Origin: Actinomycetota bacterium
Lineage (GTDB): Bacteria; Actinomycetota; Actinomycetes; S36-B12; UBA5976
DNA length: 56,047 nt
Direction of reading: 5' to 3'
Assembly: GCA_041170365.1 (NCBI GenBank)
Contig: JBEAYY010000002.1
Span: 1 to 56,047, forward strand
Part shown: in pieces, positions 20,689 through 31,193 of the stretch
How positions within the stretch are numbered: position 1 is the first letter of the stretch
Layout of the letters: each line of letters opens with the position of its first letter
Notes under the pieces: model-generated
Seen by the model: only the letters and a program-made list of their open reading frames with translations
Told to the model about the DNA's origin: nothing
Database searches by the model: none
Program-made: the position numbers and the translations under genes

Positions 20689-21486
20689 GTGAGCCAAGAT
20701 CCTTACGAATTAGCCAAACAGTCTGCACAAGAGTTAACTAAAGTAACAAATGTTACAAATCATGATGTTCTAGTCGTTTTAGGTTCAGGCTGGACTCCAG
20801 CTGCAGATGCTTTAGGGCAATCTCAATTTGAAATATCTGTTTCGCAACTTCCTGGATTTTCTGCTCCTTCAGTTGAAGGCCACAGTGGCAAATTAAGAAG
20901 TGTAAAAATTGCAAATAAAAATGTTTTAATCCAAATGGGTAGAACTCATTACTACGAAGGTAAAGGTGTGCCGGCAGTTGTTCATGCTGTCAGAACTGCC
21001 ATAAATCATGGAGTTAAAACAGTAATTTTGACTAATGCTTGCGGTGGACTTCGATTGGAATGGAAACCTGGAACACCAGTTTTAATTAAAGATCACATCA
21101 ATTTAACTGGAGCAACTCCATTAGTTGGTGCAAGATTTTTAGATGTAAGTGAAGTTTATTCGCAAAAGCTTAGAAATATTGCTAAAGAAATAGATCCTTC
21201 ATTAAATGAAGGTGTATATGTGCAATTTCATGGACCCCAATATGAAACACCTGCTGAAGTACAAATGGCAATCAAAATTGGTGGAGACATGGTTGGAATG
21301 TCTACAGCACTTGAGGCAATTGCTGCCCGAGAGGCAAATGCAGAAGTTTTAGGCATTTCTTTAGTCACAAATCCAGGTGCGGGATTAACAAAAGAAAGAT
21401 TAAATCACGAAGAAGTTTTAGCTGCAGGTCTTGCGTCTGCTTCAAAAATGGGAAATCTATTAAAGAAAGTTATCGAAAAAATTTAA
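20689..21486 (+). CDS. punA: purine-nucleoside phosphorylase, trimeric 6-oxopurine type
   Basis: VLGSGW, GRTHYYEG, GPQYETPAE, VGMST and VTNPGAG motifs. Confidence 0.95.
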   Translation: MSQDPYELAKQSAQELTKVTNVTNHDVLVVLGSGWTPAADALGQSQFEISVSQLPGFSAPSVEGHSGKLRSVKIANKNVLIQMGRTHYYEGKGVPAVVHAVRTAINHGVKTVILTNACGGLRLEWKPGTPVLIKDHINLTGATPLVGARFLDVSEVYSQKLRNIAKEIDPSLNEGVYVQFHGPQYETPAEVQMAIKIGGDMVGMSTALEAIAAREANAEVLGISLVTNPGAGLTKERLNHEEVLAAGLASASKMGNLLKKVIEKI

Positions 21487-23118
21487 ATGCCAGAAGTTAT
21501 CCAATTAGCTAAATCTTGGGCAGAGCATGATCCTGATTTAAATACCAAAAATCAAATTCTCAATTTAATAGCTGAAAACAATTTAGTTGAGTTAAACAAA
21601 ATATTTTCGGGAGAATTAGAATTTGGCACTGCTGGTTTGAGGGCAGAAGTTGGTCCTGGTCAATCCAGAATGAATCGAGCAGTAGTTATTAGGGCAACTT
21701 ATGGTTTGTGCCAATACTTACTTAAAAAATATCCGAATAAAACTCCCAAATTAATAGTGGGTAACGATGCACGAAATATGTCAGAAGAGTTTGCACTTGA
21801 TGTTTGCCAAGTTGCTTCAGGGATGGGTTTAGAAGTTTATAAATTACCAACCAAACTTCCTACTCCAGTTTTAGCTTTTGGGGTAAGACATATAAAAGCT
21901 GATGCTGGAGTGATGATCACTGCTTCACATAATCCACCGTTAGACAATGGTTACAAAGTTTATGATGAATTTGGTGCTGGAATTATTCCACCCATGGATA
22001 AAGAGATAGCAGCATTAATAAAAATTGCGCCTTATGCAAATGAAATTAAAAAATCTGATAAATATGAAGAGATTGATTTAGTTGAAAAATATGTTGAAAG
22101 AATTTCTCAATTTATTTCAAACAAATTTGGTGATGTAAAAGTTGCCTACACTCCAATGCATGGAGTAGGTCAAGAAACATTTGATAAATGTATGAAAAAA
22201 GTTGGATTCTCTAAATCCTTCGATGTCTTAGAACAAACTAAACCCGACCCTAATTTTCCAACAGTTTCTTTTCCTAATCCTGAAGAAAAAGGAGCTATGG
22301 ATTTACTACTTGAATTAGCAAAATCGCAAAATTCAGATATTGCTATTGCCAATGATCCTGATGCTGATAGATGCGCACTGGCAGTAAAAGATAAAAATAA
22401 TTGGAAAGTGTTAACTGGAGATGAGATTGGATATTTAATTACTTGGTGGATATTAAAAAAATCTGAATTAGAAAATAAAAAACTATCTGGAAAAATTGCC
22501 GCCTCAATAGTTTCAAGTTCATTAGTGCCAAAGATGGCTAAAAATAATTTACTGACAGGCACAACAACTTTAACGGGTGTTAAATGGATGGGTCATATTG
22601 AAAATTTAATTTTCGGTTATGAAGAAGCAATTGGTTATTGTGTTGATCCAGAATATGTAAGAGATAAAGATGGTATTTCTACAGCACTTTTACTTGTCGA
22701 ACTATTTTCATATCTAAAAAGCCAAAATTTAGAAGCAAAAGATATTTTAAATAAAATCTATGAAGATTATGGAGTGCATGTAACTAAACAAGTAAGTTTT
22801 AGATTTGATTCTGTTGAAAAAGCTAAAGAGATAACTTTGAAATTAACTACAAATGCACCTAAAGAAATAGATGAATTCATTATTGAAAAAGTAGAAGATA
22901 TGAATAAAGGAATCGATAATCTTCCACCATCAAGTGGGATGCGTTTAACTTTTAATAATGGTCGAATAATTATTCGTCCAAGTGGTACAGAACCTAAACT
23001 AAAGTGTTACATGGAAGTTTTCACTTCTGCAGGAGATGCCTCAAGCAATTTAGAAAAAGCAAATATAAGAATTAATAAATTAGCCGAAAAAATGCAAGAA
23101 CTACTCAGCAAATATTGA
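21487..23118 (+). CDS. alpha-D-phosphohexomutase family mutase, probable phosphopentomutase by context
   Basis: FGTAGLR, MITASHNP, DPDADR, YEEAIG and RPSGTEPK motifs; lies between punA and deoC. Confidence 0.9.
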   Translation: MPEVIQLAKSWAEHDPDLNTKNQILNLIAENNLVELNKIFSGELEFGTAGLRAEVGPGQSRMNRAVVIRATYGLCQYLLKKYPNKTPKLIVGNDARNMSEEFALDVCQVASGMGLEVYKLPTKLPTPVLAFGVRHIKADAGVMITASHNPPLDNGYKVYDEFGAGIIPPMDKEIAALIKIAPYANEIKKSDKYEEIDLVEKYVERISQFISNKFGDVKVAYTPMHGVGQETFDKCMKKVGFSKSFDVLEQTKPDPNFPTVSFPNPEEKGAMDLLLELAKSQNSDIAIANDPDADRCALAVKDKNNWKVLTGDEIGYLITWWILKKSELENKKLSGKIAASIVSSSLVPKMAKNNLLTGTTTLTGVKWMGHIENLIFGYEEAIGYCVDPEYVRDKDGISTALLLVELFSYLKSQNLEAKDILNKIYEDYGVHVTKQVSFRFDSVEKAKEITLKLTTNAPKEIDEFIIEKVEDMNKGIDNLPPSSGMRLTFNNGRIIIRPSGTEPKLKCYMEVFTSAGDASSNLEKANIRINKLAEKMQELLSKY

Positions 23119-23147
23119 TTATTTAACCTATTAGATACGCTAGGGCT

Positions 23148-24110
23148 GTGAGCACAAATTATCTGATGCAACTACCTAGTCTTTTAAGCGATGCCACTAA
23201 AAACGAAGAATCGCTAAAAAAATTTCTCAATGGCTTATCAGGTGTTGACAAAGTTGGGGTGGAAGAAAGAGCAGCAAAGCTTGCTACCAGGTCAATTAAA
23301 ACTACAGCTAAAAAAGAAGGTATTGATCTTTCGATTCGAATGATTGATTTAACAACGCTTGAGGGAATGGATACAAAAGGTAAGGTAAAAACACTTTGCG
23401 CAAAAGCAAGAAGACCAGATCCATTAGATAATTCTGTTCCAAGTGTTGCTGCAGTTTGTGTTTATAGTGATTTAGTTTCAATTGCAAAAGAAAATTTAAC
23501 CGGTACAAATATTAAAGTTGCTGCCGTTGCCACAGGTTTTCCTGCAGGAAGAGTTTCTTTAGCGGCAAAGTTACAAGATACAAATGATGCAGTATCTCAA
23601 GGTGCAGACGAAATTGACATGGTTATTGATCGTGGAGCATTTCACGAGGGAAGATTCTTCGATATTTATGAACAAATTCTTACGATAAAAGAAGCATGTA
23701 AGAGTGCGCATTTGAAAGTAATTCTTGAAACTGGAGAATTAAAAACTTACGACAACGTTAAAAAAGCCTCCTGGATAGCAATGCTTGCCGGAGCAGACTT
23801 TATAAAAACTTCAACTGGAAAAGTACAACCTGCAGCCACTTTGCCAGTGACCTTAGTAATGCTTCAAGCAATAAATGAATTTGAAAGAGCAACCGGAAAA
23901 ATAATTGGCATGAAACCAGCTGGTGGGATCAAAACGACAAAAGATGCCATGAAGTATTTAGTTTTAGTTAAAGAAACTTTAGGTGATAGATGGCTTAGTC
24001 CTGATTTGTTTAGATTTGGCGCATCAAGTTTATTGAATGATCTTTTAATGCAAAGACAAAAATTAAAAACTGGTGCCTATTCTGGCCCAGATTATGTGAC
24101 GGTGGACTAA
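23148..24110 (+). CDS. deoC: deoxyribose-phosphate aldolase (long DERA-like type)
   Basis: IDLTTLEG, GADEIDMV, LKVILETGEL, FIKTSTGK, KPAGGI and FRFGASSL motifs. Confidence 0.96.
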   Translation: MSTNYLMQLPSLLSDATKNEESLKKFLNGLSGVDKVGVEERAAKLATRSIKTTAKKEGIDLSIRMIDLTTLEGMDTKGKVKTLCAKARRPDPLDNSVPSVAAVCVYSDLVSIAKENLTGTNIKVAAVATGFPAGRVSLAAKLQDTNDAVSQGADEIDMVIDRGAFHEGRFFDIYEQILTIKEACKSAHLKVILETGELKTYDNVKKASWIAMLAGADFIKTSTGKVQPAATLPVTLVMLQAINEFERATGKIIGMKPAGGIKTTKDAMKYLVLVKETLGDRWLSPDLFRFGASSLLNDLLMQRQKLKTGAYSGPDYVTVD

Positions 24111-24112
24111 TT

Positions 24113-25549
24113 ATGGTTTTTGAATACGCACCTGCCCCTGAATCAACAAAAATAGTTGATTTAAAAAGTAACTATAAATTATTTATTGGTGGAAAATTTA
24201 TTAATTCAAATGGTGCTAAAACTTACAAAACTATAAATCCAGCAACGGAAGAAGTTCTAGCAGAAATAATTGAAGCAAGTCAAAAAGATGTTGACTTAGC
24301 AGTTAAATCAGCGCGCAAAGCATTTAAAACATGGTCTAAATTAACTGGAAGTCAAAGAGGAAAATATTTATTTCGATTAGCAAGAATTATTCAAGAAAGA
24401 TCTAGAGAATTAGCAGTTTTGGAATCTATGAATAATGGAAAACCAATTCGAGAAAGTCGTGATATTGATATTCCTTTAGTTGCAGCTCACTTTTTTCATT
24501 ACGCAGGTTGGGCTGACAAATTAGATTATGCAGGACTAGGAAAAAATCCTGCCCCACTTGGTGTTGCTGGACAAATAATTCCTTGGAATTTCCCATTACT
24601 TATGCTTGCTTGGAAAATTGCGCCTGCACTTGCAGCAGGAAATACAGTTGTTTTAAAACCAGCAGAAACAACTCCTCTAACAGCATTATTATTTGCAGAA
24701 ATTTGTCAACAAGCAGAATTGCCAGATGGAGTCGTAAACATTGTCACCGGCGCTGGTGAAACTGGTAAATATTTAGTAGAACATCCTGATGTAGACAAAA
24801 TTGCTTTTACTGGATCGACCGAAGTCGGAAGAATAATTGCTCAAACAGTTGCTGGCACTAATAAAAAAGTAACTCTTGAATTAGGTGGAAAAGCTGCAAA
24901 CATAATTTTTGATGATGCAGCAATGGATCAAGCGGTCGAAGGAGTAGTTAACGGAATATTTTTTAATCAAGGCCATGTTTGCTGTGCTGGTTCAAGATTA
25001 TTACTTCAAGAATCAATTGCTGATAATTTCTTAGATCTTCTTTACCAAAGAATGAAAACTTTAAGGCTTGGTGATCCACTTGATAAAAACACTGATGTGG
25101 GAGCAATTAATTCAGCAGTTCAATTACAAAAAATAAAAGAATTAGCAGAATCTGGAACAAAAGAAGGTGCTCAAATGTGGTCAGCTCCTTGTGAAATTCC
25201 TAACAAAGGATTTTGGTTTGCTCCAACTGTTTTCACAAATGTGTCACTATCTCATCGCATTGCTAGAGAAGAAATATTTGGTCCTGTATTAAGTGTTTTA
25301 ACATTTAGAACTCCTGATGAAGCAATTGAGAAAGCCAATAACACTCCATTTGGATTAAGTGCAGGAATATGGACAGAAAAAGGTTCCAGAATTCTTGAAG
25401 TTGCTCATAGATTAAGAGCTGGAGTTATTTGGGCAAATACATTCAACAAATTTGATCCAACTAGTCCATTTGGTGGCTATAAAGAATCTGGTTATGGTCG
25501 TGAAGGTGGCCGTCACGGTTTAGAGCCTTATCTAAAGGCAGGAAAATAA
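24113..25549 (+). CDS. aldehyde dehydrogenase, ALDH16-like catalytic part
   Basis: IPWNFP, KPAE, FTGSTEVG, TLELGGK, NQGHVCCAG (catalytic Cys) and EEIFGP; ESRDIDIPLVAAHFFHYAGWA resembles ALDH16. Confidence 0.93.
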   Translation: MVFEYAPAPESTKIVDLKSNYKLFIGGKFINSNGAKTYKTINPATEEVLAEIIEASQKDVDLAVKSARKAFKTWSKLTGSQRGKYLFRLARIIQERSRELAVLESMNNGKPIRESRDIDIPLVAAHFFHYAGWADKLDYAGLGKNPAPLGVAGQIIPWNFPLLMLAWKIAPALAAGNTVVLKPAETTPLTALLFAEICQQAELPDGVVNIVTGAGETGKYLVEHPDVDKIAFTGSTEVGRIIAQTVAGTNKKVTLELGGKAANIIFDDAAMDQAVEGVVNGIFFNQGHVCCAGSRLLLQESIADNFLDLLYQRMKTLRLGDPLDKNTDVGAINSAVQLQKIKELAESGTKEGAQMWSAPCEIPNKGFWFAPTVFTNVSLSHRIAREEIFGPVLSVLTFRTPDEAIEKANNTPFGLSAGIWTEKGSRILEVAHRLRAGVIWANTFNKFDPTSPFGGYKESGYGREGGRHGLEPYLKAGK

Positions 25550-26394
25550 TGACAAATATCGATGTTAAAAGAACTGCCAAATTATTTATAGGTGGAGCAT
25601 TTCCTCGATCCGAATCGGGAAGAACTTATGAAGTATTTGATAAAAACAAAAACTTTGTGGTCAATGTGGCACTTGCTTCTAGAAAAGATGCTCGCGATGC
25701 GGTGGTTGCTGCACGAAATGCATTTGCTAAATGGTCAGAAGCAACTGCTTATAACAAAGGACAAGTTCTTTATCGAATATCAGAAATGATGCAAGGAAGA
25801 TTTGATCAATTCGTGGAAGAACTCTCTCTATGGAATAAAAATAAATCTCAAGTTAAAAGTGAAGTTCAAAATTCGATAGACAAAATGATTTGGTTTGCAG
25901 GCTGGACTGACAAACTTGCCATGGTCACAGGCTCAAATAATCCAGTAGCTGGTCCTTTCTTTGATTTCTCAATTCCTGAACCAACTGGAGTTGTTGCTTG
26001 CGTTTCCAGCAAAGAACAACCACTCTTTAATTTAGTAAGAACTATCGGCTCAATTATTCTTAGCGGAAATACTTGTATTGCGATTGCTTCAAAAACCCAA
26101 CCGTTGACTGCTGTTTCTCTTTCCGAAGTTATTGCCACAAGTGATGTGCCTGCTGGTGTTGTAAATATTTTGACTGGAGACTTCGAAGAAATTGCACCTT
26201 GGCTAGCAACTCATATGGACGTAAATGCTTTTGATTTAACTGGGGTTAATGATAAAAAACTAGCTGCTAGCTTAGAAAAAGATTGTGCAAGTAACTTAAA
26301 AAGAGTTATAAGACCTAGTGTAAAAATAGATGATTTGTCAAGAATTAAAGCATTTTTAGAAACTAAAACAGTTTGGCATCCAAGAGGTTTTTAA
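25549..26394 (+). CDS. truncated ALDH-like protein (Rossmann part only), resembling the ALDH16 C-terminal domain
   Basis: [33 protein letters not shown] and ETKTVWHP; no ELGG or catalytic-Cys domain; TAATG-coupled to the upstream ALDH. Confidence 0.88.
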   Translation: MTNIDVKRTAKLFIGGAFPRSESGRTYEVFDKNKNFVVNVALASRKDARDAVVAARNAFAKWSEATAYNKGQVLYRISEMMQGRFDQFVEELSLWNKNKSQVKSEVQNSIDKMIWFAGWTDKLAMVTGSNNPVAGPFFDFSIPEPTGVVACVSSKEQPLFNLVRTIGSIILSGNTCIAIASKTQPLTAVSLSEVIATSDVPAGVVNILTGDFEEIAPWLATHMDVNAFDLTGVNDKKLAASLEKDCASNLKRVIRPSVKIDDLSRIKAFLETKTVWHPRGF

Positions 26395-27497
26395 AAAGTA
26401 ATATTTAAATCTTTCGCAATTTGAGCATACTTTGGTTTTATTGTTTCATTTATTAATTTTAATCTTTGATCAAAAGGTATAAAGGCACTTTTCATGGCAT
26501 TAACAGTTAACCATTGCAATTGTTTTAAAGTAAAACCTAATTCAGTAACTAGTAAATACATTTCCTTGGACATAGAAGTATCTGACATTAATCGATTATC
26601 TGTATTAACTGTTGCTCTAAAACCTAATTTAGTTAACACACCGATTGGATGTTCTTTAAAACTTTTTGCAGCACCAGTTTGAATATTTGAAGATGGACAT
26701 AGTTCTAAAGGAACTCTTTTATCCCTTACATAAGCAGATAATTCACCCAGTTTTATTTCTCCATCTGATTTAAAACTTAAATCATCAATAATTCTTACTC
26801 CATGGCCTAGACGATCTGTTCCGCAAATTTGCACTGCTTCCCAAATTGAAGGTAATCCAAATGCTTCACCAGCATGAATTGTCATATGAAAATTTGCACG
26901 TCTTACAGCATCAAATGCATCTAGATGTCTAGTTGGTGGAAAACCTGCTTCTTTACCTGCAATATCAAAACCAACGACACCTTTTTCTCTCCATTTAACT
27001 GCTAATTCTGCAATTTCACTCGATCTTGCAGCTGTCCTCATTGCAGTAAGTAATGCTCTTAAAACTATTGGTTTACCTTCATTTTTCATTTGAACTTCAG
27101 CTTCACTAAATCCCTTTATTACAGCTTCTACAACTTGATCAAGAGTTAAACCATTATTTTGATGAAGTTCTGGAGCAAATCTTATTTCTGCATAAACCAC
27201 ACCATCATTTGCTAAATCTTCACCTGCTTCAAATGCAACTCGTTTTATGCTTTCTCCATTTTGCATCACACCAACTGTGTGAGCAAAAGTTTCTAAATAT
27301 TTTTCTAAAGATCCTGAATCACAAGCTTGCCTAAACCATTTTGCTAAATTCAAAGGATCATTAGTTGGTAAATCTTTATAGCCATTTTTAATAGCTAAAT
27401 CAGCGACAGTACTAGGTCTAACTCCCCCATCTAAATGATCATGCAAAAGTACTTTTGGGACAGTTTTTATAACATCAAAAGTTAATTTTTCATCCAT
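26391..27497 (-). CDS. add: adenosine deaminase
   Basis: [26 protein letters not shown] and NTDNRLMS motifs. Confidence 0.96.
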   Translation of the reverse strand: MDEKLTFDVIKTVPKVLLHDHLDGGVRPSTVADLAIKNGYKDLPTNDPLNLAKWFRQACDSGSLEKYLETFAHTVGVMQNGESIKRVAFEAGEDLANDGVVYAEIRFAPELHQNNGLTLDQVVEAVIKGFSEAEVQMKNEGKPIVLRALLTAMRTAARSSEIAELAVKWREKGVVGFDIAGKEAGFPPTRHLDAFDAVRRANFHMTIHAGEAFGLPSIWEAVQICGTDRLGHGVRIIDDLSFKSDGEIKLGELSAYVRDKRVPLELCPSSNIQTGAAKSFKEHPIGVLTKLGFRATVNTDNRLMSDTSMSKEMYLLVTELGFTLKQLQWLTVNAMKSAFIPFDQRLKLINETIKPKYAQIAKDLNITF

Positions 27498-27500
27498 TAT

Positions 27501-29012
27501 TTAGGCGTCTCCGCCTGCCATTAATCTTCCCACTTTATTTCTTTCAGCATCTTTTTCATCTAATACTTTTACGATTTTTCCTGCATACATTACTGCTACA
27601 CGATCTGCTAAACCTAAAACTTCATCTAATTCAGCAGACACTAATAAAACAGCAGATCCGGCATCGCGTGCTGCCACAATTTGATTATGAATAAATTCAA
27701 TTGAACCTACATCTACTCCACGAGTTGGTTGAGCTGCTATTAAAAGTTTTGGATTCCAAATTAATTCTCTTGCAATAACTAATTTTTGCTTATTTCCACC
27801 AGATAAAGAGCTAGCAGTTGTATCAATAGACGGGGTTCTAACATCAAATTTTTCGACTAGTTTTTTGGCCAAAGTTCTAATTGCACCAAATTGTCTGACT
27901 CCTGCTTTGGAAAATTCTTTTTCATCAAATCTATTTAATACAGAATTATCCGCAATGGAATAACCTGCTACTAAGCCGTCTTTTTCGCGATCTTCTGGAA
28001 CATGGGCAACACCCAATTCATGAATTTGATGTGGGCTCAATTTTGTAGCATCAACATTATTAATTTCAACAATTCCTGAATCAATTTTTCTTAAACCAGT
28101 AATGGCTTGAACTAATTCTCGTTGACCATTTCCTTCAACTCCTGCAATGCCCAGGATTTCGCCAGCTCTAACTTCTAGAGATAAATCTTTTACTGCCAAC
28201 AATTTTCTATCATCTGTGACATTTAAACTACTTACTTTTAAAACCACATCTTTTGGTTTAGCGACTGGTTTTTGAACATCTAACACAACACTTCTTCCAA
28301 CCATCATGGTTGCAAGTCCTTCTTGATCAGTGTTTTTTGGTTCAGTGGTTCCTACGACTTTGCCATTTCTTAAAACCACAACTCGATCTGCAACTGCTAG
28401 AACTTCACGTAATTTATGGGTAATAAAAATAATTCCCACACCTTTTTCAGCAAAACTTTTCATAGTTTTTAATAATTCATCTGTTTCTTGTGGAGTTAGA
28501 ACTGCAGTTGGCTCATCCAAAATTAAAATATCTGCTTTTCGATAAAGCATTTTTAAAATTTCAACTCTTTGCTGCATTCCCACTGGTAAATCTTCAATTC
28601 TTGCAGTTGGGTCAACTTCTAAACCATAATCTTTTGATAACTGTGCTACTTCTTTTTCTGCGGCATCAAGATCAAAATTTATGCCTTTAGTTTTTTCTGC
28701 ACCTAAAGCAATATTTTCTGCCACACTCATTACTGGTACTAATTGGAAATGTTGGTGAACCATACCAATACCTCTTGCAATTGCATCAGCTGGAGATTTC
28801 ATATTTACTTTTTCACCTTTAATAAATAATTCACCTTCATCTGCACCATAAAGTCCATAAATCATTTTTACTAATGTAGATTTTCCTGCACCATTTTCAC
28901 CAAGTAGTGCAACTATTTCACCTTTATTTAAAGTTAGAGAAACGTTATCGTTTGCTAAAACTCCAGGAAATTTTTTAACTAAATTTTTTGCTTCAATTAA
29001 AGGCTGATTCAA
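27501..29012 (-). CDS. nucleoside ABC transporter ATP-binding protein (tandem NBD)
   Basis: GENGAGKST, LDEPTAVLTP, LSGGNKQK and QPTRGVDVG motifs. Confidence 0.95.
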   Translation of the reverse strand: MNQPLIEAKNLVKKFPGVLANDNVSLTLNKGEIVALLGENGAGKSTLVKMIYGLYGADEGELFIKGEKVNMKSPADAIARGIGMVHQHFQLVPVMSVAENIALGAEKTKGINFDLDAAEKEVAQLSKDYGLEVDPTARIEDLPVGMQQRVEILKMLYRKADILILDEPTAVLTPQETDELLKTMKSFAEKGVGIIFITHKLREVLAVADRVVVLRNGKVVGTTEPKNTDQEGLATMMVGRSVVLDVQKPVAKPKDVVLKVSSLNVTDDRKLLAVKDLSLEVRAGEILGIAGVEGNGQRELVQAITGLRKIDSGIVEINNVDATKLSPHQIHELGVAHVPEDREKDGLVAGYSIADNSVLNRFDEKEFSKAGVRQFGAIRTLAKKLVEKFDVRTPSIDTTASSLSGGNKQKLVIARELIWNPKLLIAAQPTRGVDVGSIEFIHNQIVAARDAGSAVLLVSAELDEVLGLADRVAVMYAGKIVKVLDEKDAERNKVGRLMAGGDA

Positions 29013-29018
29013 TTTAAA

Positions 29019-30008
29019 TTAACCTTCCTTGGTGTAAGGCTGGCCAGCTGCAGCAGGAGGTCTTACTCTTCCCACTGCAATTGCTAAAACTATTAAAGTC
29101 ATGACAAATGGCAGTAAATTAACAAATTGTTGAGGAATATTTATTACCTCATCTGCTTGTAATTGACTTGCAATCGCAGTTGATAAACCAAAAAATAAGG
29201 CCGCAGCAAGAGCGCCCAATGGATTCCAAGCCCCAAAAATCATTATTGCTAAAGCCAAAAATCCTCTACCTGCAGTTAATCCTCTAGCAAAAGTTCCTGC
29301 AGCTTCAAGTGCTAAAAATGCACCAGCACATCCTGCTAAAGCTCCCGCAAAAGTTACATTTAGCATTCTTATTCTTGTGACATTTATTCCTGCAGCATCA
29401 GCTGCACTTGGATATTCTCCAACTGCTCTACTTCTTAATCCCCATCTTGTTTTAAATAATCCGTAATAAACCGCAGCAACTATAAAGAGTGTGGAAAGAG
29501 CAAATAATCCATTTCTGAAAAACACAGGTCCAATTAATGGAATTTGACTTAACAATGGAATAGAAACAACAGGCATTAGTTCTGGCAAAGTTTTTCCTTG
29601 AGCATAAAAGAAAGAAGTTAAGCCTGCGGCGACAATATTTATTACAACACCTGCAATTATCTGATCCATCTCCCATTTAACTGCTGCCACTGCTAAAAAT
29701 GCACCCATTAATAATCCAGCAGAAATTCCGATCAAAATTCCTAAATAAATATTGCCCGTAAAAACTGAACCAAAGAAACTTGCAAATGCAGCCATTAACA
29801 TTTGGCCTTCAATACCAATATTTACAACACCAGTTCTTTCACCAATAATTCCAACCATTGCTGCAAGAACTAATGGAACTGCATAACCCCACCCAAAAAC
29901 TAGAACAGAGGTAGTCTTTATTTCGTCTAGAAAGTAAAAAGTGTAGGCAGCTATTGCTACTAAAAGCAAAGTAATTATTGGTTTTTTATTTTCTCTAATA
30001 AAATCCAT
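29019..30008 (-). CDS. nucleoside ABC transporter permease
   Basis: ERTGVVNIGIEG, RAVGEYP..A..AG and GRGFLALA motifs. ATG 30008 preferred. Confidence 0.93.
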   Translation of the reverse strand: MDFIRENKKPIITLLLVAIAAYTFYFLDEIKTTSVLVFGWGYAVPLVLAAMVGIIGERTGVVNIGIEGQMLMAAFASFFGSVFTGNIYLGILIGISAGLLMGAFLAVAAVKWEMDQIIAGVVINIVAAGLTSFFYAQGKTLPELMPVVSIPLLSQIPLIGPVFFRNGLFALSTLFIVAAVYYGLFKTRWGLRSRAVGEYPSAADAAGINVTRIRMLNVTFAGALAGCAGAFLALEAAGTFARGLTAGRGFLALAIMIFGAWNPLGALAAALFFGLSTAIASQLQADEVINIPQQFVNLLPFVMTLIVLAIAVGRVRPPAAAGQPYTKEG

Positions 30009-30010
30009 AA

Positions 30011-31105
30011 TTAGCTTCCCCAACCACTTGTAACATTGGCATTCTTTTGAGCTTTATTTTTAAATAAGAATTTTGCCAAAATAGGTGCCGAAACTAATAA
30101 CAAAGTTATTGCTAACAAAACATCAACAATTTCTGGTTCAATACCTGTTTCAAATTGCAAAGAAGCAGCTCCTGCTCTTAATGTTCCTACCAATATTGCT
30201 GCAGGAATTGTGGCTAAAGGATTTGCTCTTGCAAGTAAAGCAATGGTGATTCCATCAAAACCAAGACCGGCATTAAATGCTGGCTCAAATCTATAAGTAA
30301 TTCCAAGAGTTTCAATTGCTCCACCTAATCCAGCTAAACCACCACTTAGAAGCATTCCTGTAACAATCATTAATTTCATATTTATTCCTGCATAAACTGC
30401 AGCAAATTTATTTTTACCAACTGTATTAAATCTAAATCCACCTGTTGTTTTATTTAAAAACCAAGAAATAAATAATGTAACAATTATTGCGAAAATAAAT
30501 CCTAGAGGAATAAAACCAAGATTTGGAAGCATTGCTGTTTCTGCAATTTTTTTTGTTCTTTGTAATGCTTGATCTGGTTCTTTAAATGGATTACTTACCA
30601 AATAATCCAAAATACCAATTGCAATACTGTTCAACATAATTGTTGAAATAACTTCATGAACTCCTCTGTAAGCTTTGAGAACACCTGCAATTGCTGCCCA
30701 TAATGCTCCAACAATCACACCACTTAAAAGTGCAACAAAAACATGAAGAATGGCAGGCAAATTTGAAAAATAAATTCCTGCAAGAGCTGCGGCAAGGGCC
30801 GCAGAAATTAATTGACCTTGAGCACCAATATTAAATAAACCAATTCTTAGTGCAACAGTTACTGCTAGACCTGCTAACACTAATGGAGTTGTTTTTTGAA
30901 AAGTTCTTAATAAACCATCTGAATCAAACCAAGCTTCTGAAAAAATTGATTTATATGCAGTTATTGGATTAACGCCTTGAAAAGCGATAAGGATCGCACC
31001 AAGTAAGAAAGCAACAATCAAAGCAACTATCGGAACAACTATTGATTGATTCCTGACAAAAAAATCAAACTTATTTGATTTTTTTTCTTGTTGTTCCAGA
31101 CTCAA
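30011..31105 (-). CDS. nucleoside ABC transporter permease
   Basis: GLFNIGAQGQ, HEVISTIMLN and GFDGITIALL motifs. Confidence 0.93.
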   Translation of the reverse strand: MSLEQQEKKSNKFDFFVRNQSIVVPIVALIVAFLLGAILIAFQGVNPITAYKSIFSEAWFDSDGLLRTFQKTTPLVLAGLAVTVALRIGLFNIGAQGQLISAALAAALAGIYFSNLPAILHVFVALLSGVIVGALWAAIAGVLKAYRGVHEVISTIMLNSIAIGILDYLVSNPFKEPDQALQRTKKIAETAMLPNLGFIPLGFIFAIIVTLFISWFLNKTTGGFRFNTVGKNKFAAVYAGINMKLMIVTGMLLSGGLAGLGGAIETLGITYRFEPAFNAGLGFDGITIALLARANPLATIPAAILVGTLRAGAASLQFETGIEPEIVDVLLAITLLLVSAPILAKFLFKNKAQKNANVTSGWGS

Positions 31106-31132
31106 TTAAATTTTTCCATTCCTAATTTAAGA

Positions 31133-31165
31133 AAGTGGGACGCAAGGAAAACTTGCGCCCCACTT
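31133..31165 (-). terminator. stem-loop after the substrate-binding gene (partial terminator or mRNA stabiliser)
   Basis: Minus strand AAGTGGGGCGCAAG-TTTTC-CTTGCGTCCCACTT followed by TCTT. Confidence 0.75.
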
Positions 31166-31193
31166 ACATTCTGTCGCTAATTAACTGTTTTGA

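Noticed and set aside
25535-25551. Possible -1 programmed frameshift (GCA GGA AAA TAA TG) fusing the two ALDH genes into a full-length ALDH16
   Set aside because: A_GGA_AAA is not a proper X_XXY_YYZ slippery heptamer and I see no stimulatory structure. TAATG stop-start coupling also occurs at bioY/tauE and is the simpler explanation.
25549-26394. Short ALDH as a pseudogene
   Set aside because: The frame is intact, it has its own coupled start, and both termini look conserved. It lacks exactly the catalytic domain, as the ALDH16 C-terminal module does.
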